Shown here: piece by piece, positions 9,471 through 20,035 of the stretch
Numbering within the stretch: the first letter of the stretch is position 1
Layout: the number at the start of each line of letters is the position of its first letter
NCBI GenBank assembly: GCA_016214265.1
Contig: JACROU010000045.1
Coordinates: forward strand, 1,072-65,071
Reading direction: 5' to 3'
Length of the DNA: 64,000 bases
From: Candidatus Omnitrophota bacterium
GTDB taxonomy: Bacteria > Omnitrophota > Omnitrophia > Omnitrophales > JACROU01
The notes under the pieces: generated by a model
What the model saw: the letters and a program-made list of their open reading frames with translations, nothing else
The model's database searches: none
What the model was told of the DNA's origin: nothing
Made by a program: the position numbers and the translations under genes

Positions 9471-9498
9471 AATATAGCATATCTGCTTATATTTACAA
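9471..9498 (-). promoter_or_regulatory. Possible sigma70 promoter for the giant ORF
   Basis: Minus strand TTGTAA-N16-TATATT with a TG extension, about 37 nt upstream of the ATG. Confidence 0.35.
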
Positions 9499-9521
9499 GT
9501 TTTGCAAAGTATTTTAAGGAA

Positions 9522-9917
9522 TTACTTCCGGTAAGGATATTTCAAACGCGGGGGTTTCTGTCTGGGATGATAATGAGCATCCGGCTGAGATTCTGGCCTT
9601 AGCTCCTCATAGGTCTTGTCCAACTCCTTCTTCTTTCGATCCACATCCCCATGCAGTGATACCAGATCTTTTTTCACGGCACTAACTTTATCTTCGGGAT
9701 CTATGTTATTTTCAACAAACGCATTACGAACTTTTTGGTCGTGTTCATATTTATAAAGAATATCTTCTTTTTTGTGAATCAAGAGCTCGAGACTGTCAAT
9801 TTCCCCCTCCAGTTTTGTCGCCCGGTCTTGAAGCTTTTCACGTTTTGAGGAAGCCATGGCAACACCTGAAAAAGCGAAAACCAGAACAAATAAAGCATAA
9901 AGCAATCGCCGCATCAT
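9522..9917 (-). CDS. Exported coiled-coil hypothetical protein
   Basis: Signal peptide (MMRRLLYALFVLVFAFSGVAMA), charged helical body, 4-bp overlap with the ppa stop. Confidence 0.7.
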   Translation of the reverse strand: MMRRLLYALFVLVFAFSGVAMASSKREKLQDRATKLEGEIDSLELLIHKKEDILYKYEHDQKVRNAFVENNIDPEDKVSAVKKDLVSLHGDVDRKKKELDKTYEELRPESQPDAHYHPRQKPPRLKYPYRK

Positions 9918-10462
9918 TTTACTTTTTTCATCCCTTTCGGCCGTGCGCCATTCAAAAAGGCGTCGAAATAACGTTTAATAATTTGAAACGCAATTTTGGA
10001 ATTTCCCCACCCCAACACTGCCGTTTCTTTACCCTCAAGTTCTTTGTAGCGGTTGAAAAAATACTCGATTTCATCCAGTTGTTGTCCCGGAAGCTGTTCG
10101 TAATCTTTGATTCGGGAATAAAACGGATCTGCGTGCGGCACGGCGATAATTTTTTCATCGAGCGTTTTTTCATCACGCATCGTCAGCACGCCGATCGGGC
10201 GCGCCTCAATCACACAGCCAGTAAAAGTGGGCTCCCGGGTCAGCACAAGAATGTCCAGCGGATCATCATCCGGCGCGACGGTAGAAGGAATAAATCCATA
10301 CGGCGCGGGATAATGAATGGTGGCAAACAACGTGCGGTTTAATTTGAAGACTTCTAGCTGAGGATCGTATTCGTATTTACTGCGGGATCCTTCAGGTATT
10401 TCGATGATGGAATTGATGTAGCCCTTTGCCAAATTGCCGATCGGCATCTCGATAAGATTCAT
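9914..10462 (-). CDS. ppa: Inorganic pyrophosphatase (family I)
   Basis: IEIPEGS.SKYE, YGFIP, DDDPLD, DEKIIAV motifs. Confidence 0.95.
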   Translation of the reverse strand: MNLIEMPIGNLAKGYINSIIEIPEGSRSKYEYDPQLEVFKLNRTLFATIHYPAPYGFIPSTVAPDDDPLDILVLTREPTFTGCVIEARPIGVLTMRDEKTLDEKIIAVPHADPFYSRIKDYEQLPGQQLDEIEYFFNRYKELEGKETAVLGWGNSKIAFQIIKRYFDAFLNGARPKGMKKVK

Positions 10463-10467
10463 AACGG

Positions 10468-10926
10468 CTAAACCGGTTTCACCAGATAAACAGCGTCATG
10501 CTGACGGACGCGATTTTTGGCCCCAAAACCGACCTCGGCCCCGATCTTTGCCGACTGAACCGGCACATGATCAATCTGAAGCGATTCGACGCGCTGTTTA
10601 AAATCCGTGGTCGCGCCCTTGATGTGAATTTCATCGCCAACTGTAATGGTTCCTTTCTTGACTTTGATCACCCCCGCCTCCACGTGTGGAAAATAGTGGG
10701 TGACAAGCCCCAACTTCACATAATTCTTGGGAAGGCTTGGGCCTTTCTTAACCGTTTTCTTTTTCTTAGCGGTTTTTTTGGGTTTGGATTTCGACTTCGC
10801 TTTCGTTTTGACAGTCTTTTTCGGCCTGACTTTAACAACTTTTTTCTTTGATTTTTTTTGGGGGACCGATTTCTTCTTCTTCAGCAGCTTCTTGAAGTTT
10901 TTTGCAAGTTTCTTAAATAATCCCAT
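10468..10926 (-). CDS. Small EF-Tu domain II-like beta-barrel protein with a Lys-rich N-terminal tail
   Basis: C-terminal GLVTHYFPHVEAGVI..VGDEIHIKGATTDFKQRVESLQID..AKIGAEVG; the first ~65 aa are highly basic. Confidence 0.7.
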   Translation of the reverse strand: MGLFKKLAKNFKKLLKKKKSVPQKKSKKKVVKVRPKKTVKTKAKSKSKPKKTAKKKKTVKKGPSLPKNYVKLGLVTHYFPHVEAGVIKVKKGTITVGDEIHIKGATTDFKQRVESLQIDHVPVQSAKIGAEVGFGAKNRVRQHDAVYLVKPV

Positions 10927-10941
10927 ATTTCCTCCTATCGA

Positions 10942-11289
10942 TCAACCCGGCGGCCAAACAAATTTTCGTCCGCCCAGCAGATGAAGATGTAAGTGATAAA
11001 CGGCCTGTCCAGCGTGAGGGCCGTTATTAAACACCAGACGGTAGCCTTTTTCCAACTTCCTTTTCGCGGCTAATTTCCTGGCGATCAGAACCAGCTTGCC
11101 GACAATTTCAGCGTCTGTCTCCGATATATCGGCAACTTGTTCAATATGCTTCTTGGGAATAATTAAAATATGTGTGGGGGCCTGGGGGTTAACATCATCA
11201 AAAGCAAGCATCTCGTCATCCTCATACTCGGCTTTTGACGGGATTTCTTTCTTGATAATTTTACAGAAAAGACATTCTTTGGTCACCAT
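10942..11289 (-). CDS. hinT: Histidine triad nucleotide-binding protein
   Basis: CLFCKI, PQAPTHILIIPK, GQAVYHLHLHLLGGR. Confidence 0.95.
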   Translation of the reverse strand: MVTKECLFCKIIKKEIPSKAEYEDDEMLAFDDVNPQAPTHILIIPKKHIEQVADISETDAEIVGKLVLIARKLAAKRKLEKGYRLVFNNGPHAGQAVYHLHLHLLGGRKFVWPPG

Positions 11290-11329
11290 AACGAGTCCGT
11301 TCGTTGTTTAATATAAATGGTAGCAAATA

Positions 11330-12628
11330 TTAGGAACTTTGCAACTTACCAAAATTCTGGATGACTGAGCCCAAACGGGCCAAAACCCTTGCCCGGCCAA
11401 GCACTTCCATCAGGTCAAAAAGGCCGGGACTGACCGAAAAACCGGTGATGGCCACGCGGATAGGATGAATCAAGCCAGCGGCGTCAATCGCAAGTTTTGC
11501 CGCAGAGTCACGAACCACCGATTCTAGATTTTTGGCGGTAAAATCAGCCGTATTTTCGAGCGCGACGAGCACAATTTTTAACCTTTTCAGGGTTTCTGGG
11601 TCACTCAAATATTTCCCGACTGCGGCCGGATCAAACGTGACTTTCTCTTCGAGGCAATAATTTGCTTCGCGCGCGAGATCATTCCAGGTTTTGATTCGTT
11701 CCCGAAACAGAAGCAGGATCCTTTTAAATTCTTCACTCGAATTACCAAAAAACGCCGCGCCCCGCTGAAGATATTCTTCTTTCGAAACTTTCTTCAGATG
11801 ACACGCATTGATAAAACGCATCTTGTCGATATCAAACGTGGCGGCAGTGGTATTCACACGCTTTAGAGAAAATTTTTTGACGAGCTCGTCTTTGGTAAAA
11901 AATTCCTGATTGCCCCCAGGTCCCCAGCCCAAAAGAGCCAGGTAATTCAAAATCCCCTCGGGAAGATAGCCTTCTTCCTCAAACGCTTTGAGCGATACGG
12001 CACCGTGTCGCTTCGACAGGGGCGTTCCGTCAGAGCCCATGATGAGCGGCAAATGGGCATACTTTGGCGGCTGCCAGCCCAACGCTTTAAATACCGCGAT
12101 TTGCCGCGGCGTGTTCGAAATATGATCCTCGCCGCGAATCACATGAGTAATTTCCATATCATGATCATCAACGACACAGGCAAAATTGTACGTGGGAATT
12201 CCGTCAGATTTGATAATCACCAAATCATCGAAAAGACTGGCGTCAAATTGAATCGCGCCCTTGATCACATCGTGAAACACCACGGACTCTTTCACCATTT
12301 TATATTTTACGGCCTGAGTCGCGTCATCAACCCGGTAGGCCTTTCCCTCAGCCATCAGCTTAGAGGCCACTTCCTGATATCGTTTAACCCGGGAAGTCTG
12401 ATGCTCAACGTCTCCATCCCACTCAAGCCCCAGCCATTTCATGCTCGAGATAATTTCATCAGCGTACACTTGTTCCGAACGTTCCCGGTCGGTGTCTTCC
12501 ATGCGGAGGAAAAATTGGCCGCCTTGATTGCGGGCATAAAGATAATTGAAGAGCGCGGTGCGGACTCCGCCGATGTGAAGATGTCCTGTCGGCGATGGCG
12601 CGAAACGCACTTTAATATTGGAGGTCAT
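11330..12628 (-). CDS. gltX: Glutamate--tRNA ligase (compact form)
   Basis: RFAPSPTGHLHIGG, RGEDH, LSKRHG; start moved to MTSNIKVRF. Confidence 0.93.
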   Translation of the reverse strand: MTSNIKVRFAPSPTGHLHIGGVRTALFNYLYARNQGGQFFLRMEDTDRERSEQVYADEIISSMKWLGLEWDGDVEHQTSRVKRYQEVASKLMAEGKAYRVDDATQAVKYKMVKESVVFHDVIKGAIQFDASLFDDLVIIKSDGIPTYNFACVVDDHDMEITHVIRGEDHISNTPRQIAVFKALGWQPPKYAHLPLIMGSDGTPLSKRHGAVSLKAFEEEGYLPEGILNYLALLGWGPGGNQEFFTKDELVKKFSLKRVNTTAATFDIDKMRFINACHLKKVSKEEYLQRGAAFFGNSSEEFKRILLLFRERIKTWNDLAREANYCLEEKVTFDPAAVGKYLSDPETLKRLKIVLVALENTADFTAKNLESVVRDSAAKLAIDAAGLIHPIRVAITGFSVSPGLFDLMEVLGRARVLARLGSVIQNFGKLQSS

Positions 12629-12635
12629 TTCTGAT

Positions 12636-15600
12636 TTATAGAATTTGCTGTAATTCCCGAAAAAAACTGACGCCGGCTCCCACGGAAGAGGGTTTGCCAC
12701 TCAAAAGATCTTCTGCTTTCCGCTTGGCTTCGGCCATTTTGGGATAACGCACCTTTCGGTAACCGCGCACTTCTTCGGGGATTTCGAAAATTTTCACGTA
12801 AGACTCATAACGCACTGTCCCGCCCGGAGAAAAAGCATCCACCAAACCGATATACCAGTCGCGAAATTCTTTTTCTTTAGCATGCCAAGCAGGCAGCAAC
12901 ACGCGCAGAATTTTAAAATGCTTCATAATGTTCAGCATCCAATCTTTCGTCCTCATGTTCCATTCTAAATCAAACCCCAGAATGGTGAATTGCGGACGAT
13001 TGATGTGCTCATAGACTGCCTTGTCGCCGCGTTTTGGATCAACATCGTAGCGCTCAAGATCACGTCGGTATTTTTCAACGCTCGTCAACAGATGCGCCAC
13101 ATACACCTCATCTTTGATGAGCATCACTTTGGCAAGATAACGAATCACGGCTTTTGTGACTCGATAATCATTTTCGGAATTGTCTTTCACATAAACCGTT
13201 TTGATTTTATCAAAATATTTCTGGGCATATTTCAGATTTTCGAATTGAATCAAATCATAAGCGCGCAGGGCAATTTGCAGATTGATAGTATCATCCAGTT
13301 TTAGAAACTCCACCAGCGCTTCCACCCGTTTTTTATATTCCCGGGCCAGTCTTTTACTTTTTTTCGAAAGAATCTTGATTTTATCGTCTAGCATTTCCGA
13401 GTATGTGGCCAATTTGGCTTCTATTGCATAAACCTGAGGATTAAGTGCGATTTTTCGCCCGAGATTAAACGCTTTCATGTTGTCGTCAAACGCGCTTTTC
13501 GGGACGGTCATTTGAATGGACCACTCAAGATTCTTAAAATCGACTGGCAATTCCCCTCGTTGATACGCAGCGCCCAGAATCATCATATTGGCATAAATCG
13601 TATTGCCAAGCATGCGCTGGGCTACCTCCGAAACATTCGCGCCGAAATATGTTTCACGCTTTGTTGCACGACGAATCATCTCCTCAAGTTCAGCGGGCAG
13701 AAAATTATCTTCTCCAAGCAGCATGGTGATAGTTGGCGTTTTCTCGGTATTGATCACAGCCGTCGTAAAATCCGGACTACCGATGCGTTGAGTGAGCGTC
13801 GGATCCAGACTGCGCACGCTTTCGAGAATGTCCATCCCCAAAAGCAGGTCCGCCTTGCCGTACGGGATAATCGGAGAAATAATTCCGTTGCCATTTCGCG
13901 TATACGTTACGTGTGAGAACACACCGCCGTTTCGAATGGCAAGACCCTTTTTATCCGCAAAGCTGACGCGATATCCCTGGCGCATTCCAGCCCTCACTAA
14001 AATCGCCGTAACAAGACCGATACCCATACCACCGACTCCGGAAAGATAAACGGACCAACCCTTGTCAAAAGTGCGGCGCTTGGCCTCGGGAATATCTGAA
14101 AAATTGATTGAATCGACGGGTCGTACGGGAGCTTGTTTCCGGATCACGGTAATTTCTTCAAAAGAGGGGCACGCCTTTACGCGGTAACAAGCACCATCCG
14201 ATTTGCAAAGTGAAAGATCGGTGGCAATTTTGGGGCCATAATGAGTTTCTTCAATCGTCAAACCGGGACATCCGGTGGTTTTCGTACACTCCAAGCAGAA
14301 CTCACAGACTTCCGGAGTAATGTTGACAAATTTTTTCTCGGGCATATAGCCGATTTTTTTGATTACGTCCCGCTCAGCGCGAACGACTTTGCGGTCGTAG
14401 GTGATACCGCATTCTTTGTCAGCAATCACCACCTTGACACCTTTTTTCAGCACCGTCTCTTCCATTAAATGTCGGTAACTGTCCCGGTATTCAGGATTCA
14501 CACGATAAACCGGCACTTCCCCATTTTTCGCCATACCGCTTACGATGGATTCAATATTTTGTTTAAACGTGGAATTCCCCAGAATGTCAACATTCTGTCC
14601 CGGATTCGGCTGATGGCCGGTCATGGCTGTTGTATCGTTATCCAAAATAACAATCAAAATATCCTGTCCGTATTTCAGCGCGTCGGAAATAGCGATCATG
14701 CCGGAGTGAAAAAATGTGGAGTCGCCCATAAAAACAACCTGCTTGTTCTGGATAAAACGATCGATACCAGCACCTGTTCCCGGTCCCACCGGTGTCTCCA
14801 TGAAACAGTAAGTCCACCGGCCCTGAGTTGTGATTCTTTTTCATGTACTCGGAATTCATAAAATCTTTTTTGATTTCGAGAAATACGCTGGAGGAATCCC
14901 GGTGCGGACACCCTGGACAGAATGTCGGTGTGCGGCGCGGAATGCGAACAGCAAATTGAGCGGTTTTTTGTATCAACCCGAGCTCGCCGTCCCAAACTTG
15001 ATCCAGTTTCGGCAAATCACTGTCTTTGATCCAACGGAAAAGCGGCACAAGGCGTTCGATTAATATCGAAGTGTTAATGCCGCGGGTTTCGGGAATACCA
15101 GCAAGCGAGTCCGGAAATTTCTTACCCCAAACTTTCGGCATAGAGGTGATAGTCTCGTACTGAAAGGCGTCTTTCAATATTTGCGTGATTTGAGATTCGA
15201 TAAAATCACGTTTTTCCTCAACGATAAATAGCTCCTCAACGATTTTCGAAAACTCCAAAATAGTTTCGGGATCCAGCGGATACGTCAGTCCAAGTTTCAG
15301 GATTGGAATTTGTCCCGTCATCCCTAGCTCGCGAAGCGCATGTTCCAAATAACTGTGAGCGAGTCCCGACGTGACGAACCCGAACCGGCGTTTTTTGCTT
15401 AATGCCGGACGGTATAAAATCTTATCCAGTTGTTGTGAACGAACGAATTTATGCAGATCCGCGAAACGTGCTTTGATGTTCTCTTCACGCTGAGAAGTGC
15501 GCGGCGGAAGGATCACCGTCTCTTCGACAGGGATTTTTTCTGTGTTAATGCTGATACGGTCTTTCGTATTAATGGTAGAGAATACGTTGGGATTACATTC

Positions 15601-16158
15601 CACGGTTCCCCCGCCGTCAGCAAGATTAGTCGTGATAATAAACGTGATATAAAGATTGGCGGCGCGCGAGGCTTCGAACGAAAGCCGTATCCAGTCTTTG
15701 ATTTCTTGAAAAGTTGCCGGCTCAATGATGGGCATAAACAAATGTTTGGAAAGAAAACGCGAATCGGAAGGAACTTGCGTACTGTCAGACCACGGATCGT
15801 CCCCAACAACCACAACCGCACCGCCCGTGTGGCCGGTCTTTGCCATATTGCCGAGCGCCAGTCCATCCGAGGCCACATGAAGCCCAACGCTCTTCATTAC
15901 GCAAAGTCCGCGAAGATCAGACATCTGCGAACCGTTCAACCGCGCGACGCCCAGAGCTTCGTTGTTGGCGATTTGAAGCAGAATTCCTTTTTCTTTCAGG
16001 AGATCATCCGCTTGTTTGGCGATATTAAAAAAATCGGCAACCGGAGAACCGGGATAGCCCGTAAGTAAGCTAACACCCGCTTCCAAAGCGCCTTTAAAAA
16101 GCAGCTCAGTGCCGCTAAAAACCTGAACTCCTGATTTCTGAGTAAAACGTTGATCCAT
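12636..16158 (-). pseudogene. ior: Fused indolepyruvate:ferredoxin oxidoreductase family gene, split by a frameshift/deletion near 14785 (or an assembly error)
   Basis: 5' ORF has GYPGSP, ANNEA, MKSVG and RTPTFCPGCPH. 3' ORF has MGDSTFFHSG, NDTTAMTGHQ, CEFCLEC..CP and GVGGMG. The reading frame changes at HGDTG|GTGAGID. Confidence 0.8.
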
Positions 16159-16171
16159 TTTCTGTCCTCGC

Positions 16172-17005
16172 CTAAAGAGGTATCTTAAACTTTTCTCTCA
16201 AAGTTTCAAAGTAACTTCTCTTTGAGCTTTTAATCAATTTCAATTTTGTGGAACTTTGAGTCATTTCAATCACACTATCATCCCCTACTTCAATGGTATC
16301 CTGTCCATCCGCGGCAAGTAAGGCTCGCTCACGCGGATCGTCACAAACCACTTTAGCCACAATTTTTTCAGAACCCGGGACCACGATCGGGCGAAGGCTG
16401 GAAACGTGTGGACAAATTGCCGTAACAATCATCACATCCAGCGAGGGGTGAACAATGGGTCCGCCGGCGGAAAGCGAATAAGCAGTTGAACCAGTTGGAG
16501 TTGCAATGATGACGCCGTCTCCTGAAAAACTAGTAAAAAGTTCAGAGCCAATACGGATCTCGACCCGCATATAACGGGTCAGGCCTTCCCGGTTGATAAC
16601 AATGTCATTCAGAGCCTGAAATCTGCGATTCAATTTTGACTTTTCGTCACGAACATTGCACACAAGCATCGAGCGCTCTTCAATATCGAAATGGCCCGCG
16701 AAAACCGATTTCAGTTCTTCGATCACTTCGTCTTTTTTGACTTCCGTGATGAACCCGAGAGATCCCAAATTCACCCCAAGAAGCGGGATTTCACGTTCAA
16801 TCATACGATTGGCCACATGCAAAAGTGTACCGTCACCGCCCGCGCAGATAATCAGATCGGCCTCTTTCAAAATACGATCCACAGCTTCGGACTGAGAACT
16901 CAAAATGCGACATTCGCGTTTCGTCAACCATTCCGCGAGCGTTGCTAACAATTCGCTTGAACCCGCTTTATCCTTATTCACCACAAGTCCTACGGTCTGA
17001 ATCAT
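16172..17005 (-). CDS. nadK: NAD kinase
   Basis: GGDGT, ALND, ATPTGSTAYSLSAGG. Confidence 0.95.
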   Translation of the reverse strand: MIQTVGLVVNKDKAGSSELLATLAEWLTKRECRILSSQSEAVDRILKEADLIICAGGDGTLLHVANRMIEREIPLLGVNLGSLGFITEVKKDEVIEELKSVFAGHFDIEERSMLVCNVRDEKSKLNRRFQALNDIVINREGLTRYMRVEIRIGSELFTSFSGDGVIIATPTGSTAYSLSAGGPIVHPSLDVMIVTAICPHVSSLRPIVVPGSEKIVAKVVCDDPRERALLAADGQDTIEVGDDSVIEMTQSSTKLKLIKSSKRSYFETLREKFKIPL

Positions 17006-18891
17006 AGTTTCACCTTTTCAATGCACTCTGTAATTGCCACTGTCAATTTTCCCACACTGAGGCCAAAAGAATCCAAAATTTTGTCGCGATCACCGTGCTC
17101 AACGATTTTGTCCAGAACCGCGTGCCGATTAACATGAATATCCGTCAAACCTTTTCGTTCGCAGAATTCAAGAACACGGGCGCCAAGTCCGCCAGCGTAC
17201 ACGTGATCTTCGATCACATGCCAATTGCGGACACGGCCGGCTAAATCGATCAACAAATTTTCATCGAGTGGTTTGGCGAAACGCAAATTGACCACAGTCG
17301 CGTTAATTCCCTGCACTTTTAAAGCCTCAGCAACTTTGAGCGCACGCGAAACAAAAGATCCAAAAGCTAGAATTGCGACATCGCCACCTTCTGCCAGAAT
17401 TTCGCCTTCGCCAATCGCAAAATTTTTATGAGCATTCGACGCTGAGAGAGTAATATTTTCTTTCGGATAACGGACAGCGAAAACTCCCCGGCCCAAATTA
17501 TTCACAGCTAATTTCAACATCTGTTTCATCTCCGCTTCGTCCCATGGACTGGCAATCACCGAATTGGGAATCGTGCTGATGTAGGCAATATCATACAGTC
17601 CCTGATGTGTCGGGCCGTCAGGACCCACCACGCCGGCCCGGTCCAGACACGCAGTCACGTGAACATCTTGAATCGTGACATCGTGAATCAACTGATCAAA
17701 CGCTCTCTGCATAAACGTGGAATAAATCGCGCACACTGGCTTGAAGCCACCTCGCGAAAGCGCGCCAGCGAAAGCCACGGCATGCTGCTCAGCAATGCCG
17801 ACATCAAAAAAACGTTCAGGAAACCGTTTCTGAAATTCACCAAGACCGGTTCCGTCCGGCATCGCCGCGGTAATCGCGACAATTTTCGGATCGTCCTGGG
17901 CAAGTTCAATCAAACTGTTTACGAAAGCTTTTGTGTACCCAAGTGATTTTTCACCGGCGGGTTTCGACGAAACTTTCGGCTCTCCGGTTTTGATATCAAA
18001 AGGCGGCATCCCGTGTCCACGCTCCGGATGATTTTCGGCCGGCGCATAGCCTTTTCCCTTCTTTGTAATCACATGAAGGAGTACCGGTGTTTTAATCGAT
18101 TTGATATTCTGAAAAGTTTTCACCAAATGCTCAATATCGTGTCCATCCACGGGCCCGAAATAACGGAATCCGAGCTCTTCAAAAATAATTCCGGGCACCA
18201 TTAAATTTTTAAATCCTTCTTCCGCGTGTTTCACAAGTCGTTTGAGCCGCGGGAAATTATTCAACTGTTCTTCAACGCGTTTGCGGAGCCGGTTGTAGAT
18301 GGGCGCGGTGATAATCTGATTCAGGCACTGACTAATCGCACCGACATTTTTCGAAATCGACATTTCGTTGTCGTTGAGAATAACGAGGAGTTCTTTGCGC
18401 AAATGTCCAGCGTTGTTGAGCGCCTCAAAACAAATTCCTCCGGTGAGCGAACCGTCGCCGATAATCGCCACAACCTTTTCGTCACTTCCGCGAAGATCCC
18501 GGGCACATAAAAGCCCGAGCGCCTGCGAGACTGCCGTCGAAGCATGCCCGACGGTGAAATGGTCGTGTTCGCTTTCATCATGAGCCGAAAATCCGCTCAA
18601 CCCTCCGTGCTGACGCAACGTTCTCATCCGCGAACGACGGCCTGTGAGCAGTTTGTGCGAATAAACCTGATGGCTGACATCCCAAACAAATTTGTCGCGC
18701 GGGGAATTAAAAACATAATGAAGAGCCGTCACAATTTCCACGGCACCAAGCGACGTTCCCAAATGGCCGCCAGTTTCAGAAACCACTTCGATAATTTCTT
18801 CACGCAGCCCCTGACAGACTTCGGGTAATTTCTCAAGCGGAACCTTTTTTAAATCCTGAGGTGAATTGATCGATTCAGAAATTCTGGCCAT
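17002..18891 (-). CDS. dxs: 1-deoxy-D-xylulose-5-phosphate synthase
   Basis: GGHLG, GDGSLTGG, NDNEMSI, DVGIAEQHAV, DGPTHQG. Confidence 0.97.
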   Translation of the reverse strand: MARISESINSPQDLKKVPLEKLPEVCQGLREEIIEVVSETGGHLGTSLGAVEIVTALHYVFNSPRDKFVWDVSHQVYSHKLLTGRRSRMRTLRQHGGLSGFSAHDESEHDHFTVGHASTAVSQALGLLCARDLRGSDEKVVAIIGDGSLTGGICFEALNNAGHLRKELLVILNDNEMSISKNVGAISQCLNQIITAPIYNRLRKRVEEQLNNFPRLKRLVKHAEEGFKNLMVPGIIFEELGFRYFGPVDGHDIEHLVKTFQNIKSIKTPVLLHVITKKGKGYAPAENHPERGHGMPPFDIKTGEPKVSSKPAGEKSLGYTKAFVNSLIELAQDDPKIVAITAAMPDGTGLGEFQKRFPERFFDVGIAEQHAVAFAGALSRGGFKPVCAIYSTFMQRAFDQLIHDVTIQDVHVTACLDRAGVVGPDGPTHQGLYDIAYISTIPNSVIASPWDEAEMKQMLKLAVNNLGRGVFAVRYPKENITLSASNAHKNFAIGEGEILAEGGDVAILAFGSFVSRALKVAEALKVQGINATVVNLRFAKPLDENLLIDLAGRVRNWHVIEDHVYAGGLGARVLEFCERKGLTDIHVNRHAVLDKIVEHGDRDKILDSFGLSVGKLTVAITECIEKVKL

Positions 18892-18899
18892 CTGACTGC

Positions 18900-19721
18900 T
18901 TATCCTTCCCTGTTCAAAACAAAATCCGCGATTTCGCCGAGACGATTAGCCTTCGAACCCAATATCTTGACACTCTTTTTCGCACGTTCCGTCAAAACTC
19001 GCGCTTCATCCTGCGCTTCGTGACGCGACATAATCCGGACAAAACCATCGGAGTCGATTATATCATCCACAATCTGATACGAAAATCCCAGGCACTCACC
19101 GTAATCGGAAATTGTTTTCTCCGTTTTCTTATCCGCACCGGCCGCGATGGCACCCGTCAAGCAGCTCACTCGGATCAACTGCCCGGTTTTTGAAATATTG
19201 ACGTAGGAAATTTCCGGAAGCTGGGGACGCTTCACCAGCGAAATCTGTTTGTCCACCACCTGCCCACCGATCATGCCGTGTGATCCAACGGCGTGAGCAA
19301 TTTCTGGAACCAATCTCTGAATTAATTTTGAATTCTTCATACTGGCCAAAACGTGAAACGCCTGCGTGAGGAGAGCATCGCCCGCCAGCACGGCAATCGC
19401 CTCGCCGAATTTTTTGTGAACCGTCGGCTTCCCCCGGCGGAACATATCGTTATCCATGCACGGCAAATCATCGTGAATCAGCGAGTAGGAATGAATGAGC
19501 TCCAGCGCACACGCAGCCGGAAGCACATCTTTGATTGTTCCGCCAAGCGCTTCGGTAGCGGCAATCGCAAGAATGGGACGAAACCGCTTTCCCCCGTTCA
19601 GCACTGCATAGCGCATCGCCTGATGAATCACGGATGGATACGCCTTCGCCTCAGGCAAATAACTGTCGAGCGCCTTGTCAACAATGACTTTCTTTTCTTT
19701 GAAATATTTTTCGAGTGTCAT
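18900..19721 (-). CDS. ispA: Polyprenyl (geranyl/farnesyl) diphosphate synthase
   Basis: GGKRFRP, LIHDDLPCMDND..RRGKPT, QIVDD. Confidence 0.93.
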   Translation of the reverse strand: MTLEKYFKEKKVIVDKALDSYLPEAKAYPSVIHQAMRYAVLNGGKRFRPILAIAATEALGGTIKDVLPAACALELIHSYSLIHDDLPCMDNDMFRRGKPTVHKKFGEAIAVLAGDALLTQAFHVLASMKNSKLIQRLVPEIAHAVGSHGMIGGQVVDKQISLVKRPQLPEISYVNISKTGQLIRVSCLTGAIAAGADKKTEKTISDYGECLGFSYQIVDDIIDSDGFVRIMSRHEAQDEARVLTERAKKSVKILGSKANRLGEIADFVLNREG

Positions 19722-20035
19722 GAGAAAAGCGTCCCCTCATCGGTTTCTGATTCGGATTTACCAGGGGCTTTTTTCCGGGTTTTCTTGAGCGCACCCGTCA
19801 CCTCGTCTTCGTCCAAATCAAACGCCTCTTTTTTTATTTCACCGTTAAGTGTCTTGGTGAGAATTTCAACCTTACGCTCCGCCTGAGACAATTTTTCCAT
19901 GCACGTACGCGACAGCTTTACGCCTTCCTCATATTTCTTGATGGCATCTTCCAGCGAAATCTCGCCGCCCTCCAGCTCCGAGACGATTTTTTCGAGCCGC
20001 TCCAGCGCTTTTTCAAATTTTAGTTCTTCGGCCAT
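19718..20035 (-). CDS. xseB: Exodeoxyribonuclease VII small subunit
   Basis: FEKALERLEKIVSELE..LEDAI..YEEG; adjacent to xseA. Confidence 0.93.
   Translation of the reverse strand: MAEELKFEKALERLEKIVSELEGGEISLEDAIKKYEEGVKLSRTCMEKLSQAERKVEILTKTLNGEIKKEAFDLDEDEVTGALKKTRKKAPGKSESETDEGTLFS

Noticed and set aside
14638-14801. Programmed frameshift or natural two-subunit split in ior
   Set aside because: No slippery sequence, and a conserved segment is missing at the junction, so frameshifting would not restore the protein.
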